In this document: positions 63,555 through 64,000 of the stretch, in pieces | How positions within the stretch are numbered: the first letter of the stretch is position 1 | Layout: each line of letters starts with the position of its first letter | Assembly: GCA_963723515.1 (NCBI GenBank) | Contig: CAVRQT010000002.1 | Location: forward strand, 512,001-576,000 | DNA from: Vulcanimicrobiota bacterium | GTDB taxonomy: Bacteria > Vulcanimicrobiota > Vulcanimicrobiia > Vulcanimicrobiales > Vulcanimicrobiaceae | Direction of reading: 5' to 3' | Length of the DNA stretch: 64,000 nt | Made by a program: the position numbers and the translations under genes | Notes under the pieces: model-generated | What the model saw: the letters and a program-made list of their open reading frames with translations, nothing else | Told to the model about the DNA's origin: nothing | The model's database searches: none

Positions 63555-63988
63555 GTTCGTGCTCCTTCGAGGGTTGCAAAATGCACCGACGCGACGCCCG
63601 CTTCGGCCAACAAGTTCATCGCGATCGCATCGGGATACGGCGTCTCGTAGACGATTTTCAGTACGCCGACGCTGATCAGCAATTTGCTGCAACCAAGGCA
63701 CGGCTGGTGCGTGCAGTACGCCGTCGAGCCGGCGAGGCCGACGCCGTGGAGCGCGCCTTGCACGATGGCATTCGCCTCCGCATGCGTCGTGCGTACGCAA
63801 TGGTCGTTGACGACGATGCAGCCGACTTCCGTGCAATGGGCAACGTGGCGCGGCGAACCGTTGTAGCCGGTCGTTAGAATGCGATGATCGCGCACGATGA
63901 CACAACCGACTGCAGCGCGTGGACATGTCGCGCGCGTTCCGACGGTGCGCGCGATCTCCATGAAATATTCATCCCATCCAGGACGCAT
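63551..63988 (-). CDS. dCMP deaminase / ComEB family
   Basis: RPGWDEYFM, TGYNG, HAEANA and PCLGC. Confidence 0.94.
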   Translation of the reverse strand: MRPGWDEYFMEIARTVGTRATCPRAAVGCVIVRDHRILTTGYNGSPRHVAHCTEVGCIVVNDHCVRTTHAEANAIVQGALHGVGLAGSTAYCTHQPCLGCSKLLISVGVLKIVYETPYPDAIAMNLLAEAGVASVHFATLEGART

Positions 63989-64000
63989 CGGTTTAACTAT

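Overview
A GC-rich (roughly 60% by eye) bacterial chromosome segment made mostly of housekeeping and stress genes. It carries rpsO and pnp, a UbiD/UbiA pair, a YtrA-type GntR/ABC operon, tRNA-Leu(CAG), Ku with split LigD, alaS, a sigB/sigF-rsbW-rsbV operon, iscS, rarA, sua5, mreB, murA, a complete atp operon with two b subunits, wecB, a tagO/wecA-type transferase and a dCMP deaminase. Terrabacteria-like gene order together with an LptA/OstA-like protein suggests Ca. Eremiobacterota (Vulcanimicrobiota), but this is inference only. Many genes, including essential alaS, carry single-base frameshifts, most likely long-read assembly errors. No CRISPR array, integrase, transposase or rRNA was seen. 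The best leads are: (1) an AhpD-like selenoprotein (C-D-Y-UGA-M-S-S-H plus a SECIS-like hairpin) that the ORF track splits in two; (2) two back-to-back 86-88 nt hairpins between sua5 and mreB with an identical 44-nt core and covarying outer stems; (3) a 178-bp insertion between atpH and atpA flanked by a 7-bp duplication that keeps translational coupling; (4) several probable CTG start codons; (5) nested REP-like repeats; (6) a 3x23-bp tandem array before ku; (7) SigB-type promoters in front of microproteins; (8) an M48 pseudo-protease fused to RDD.
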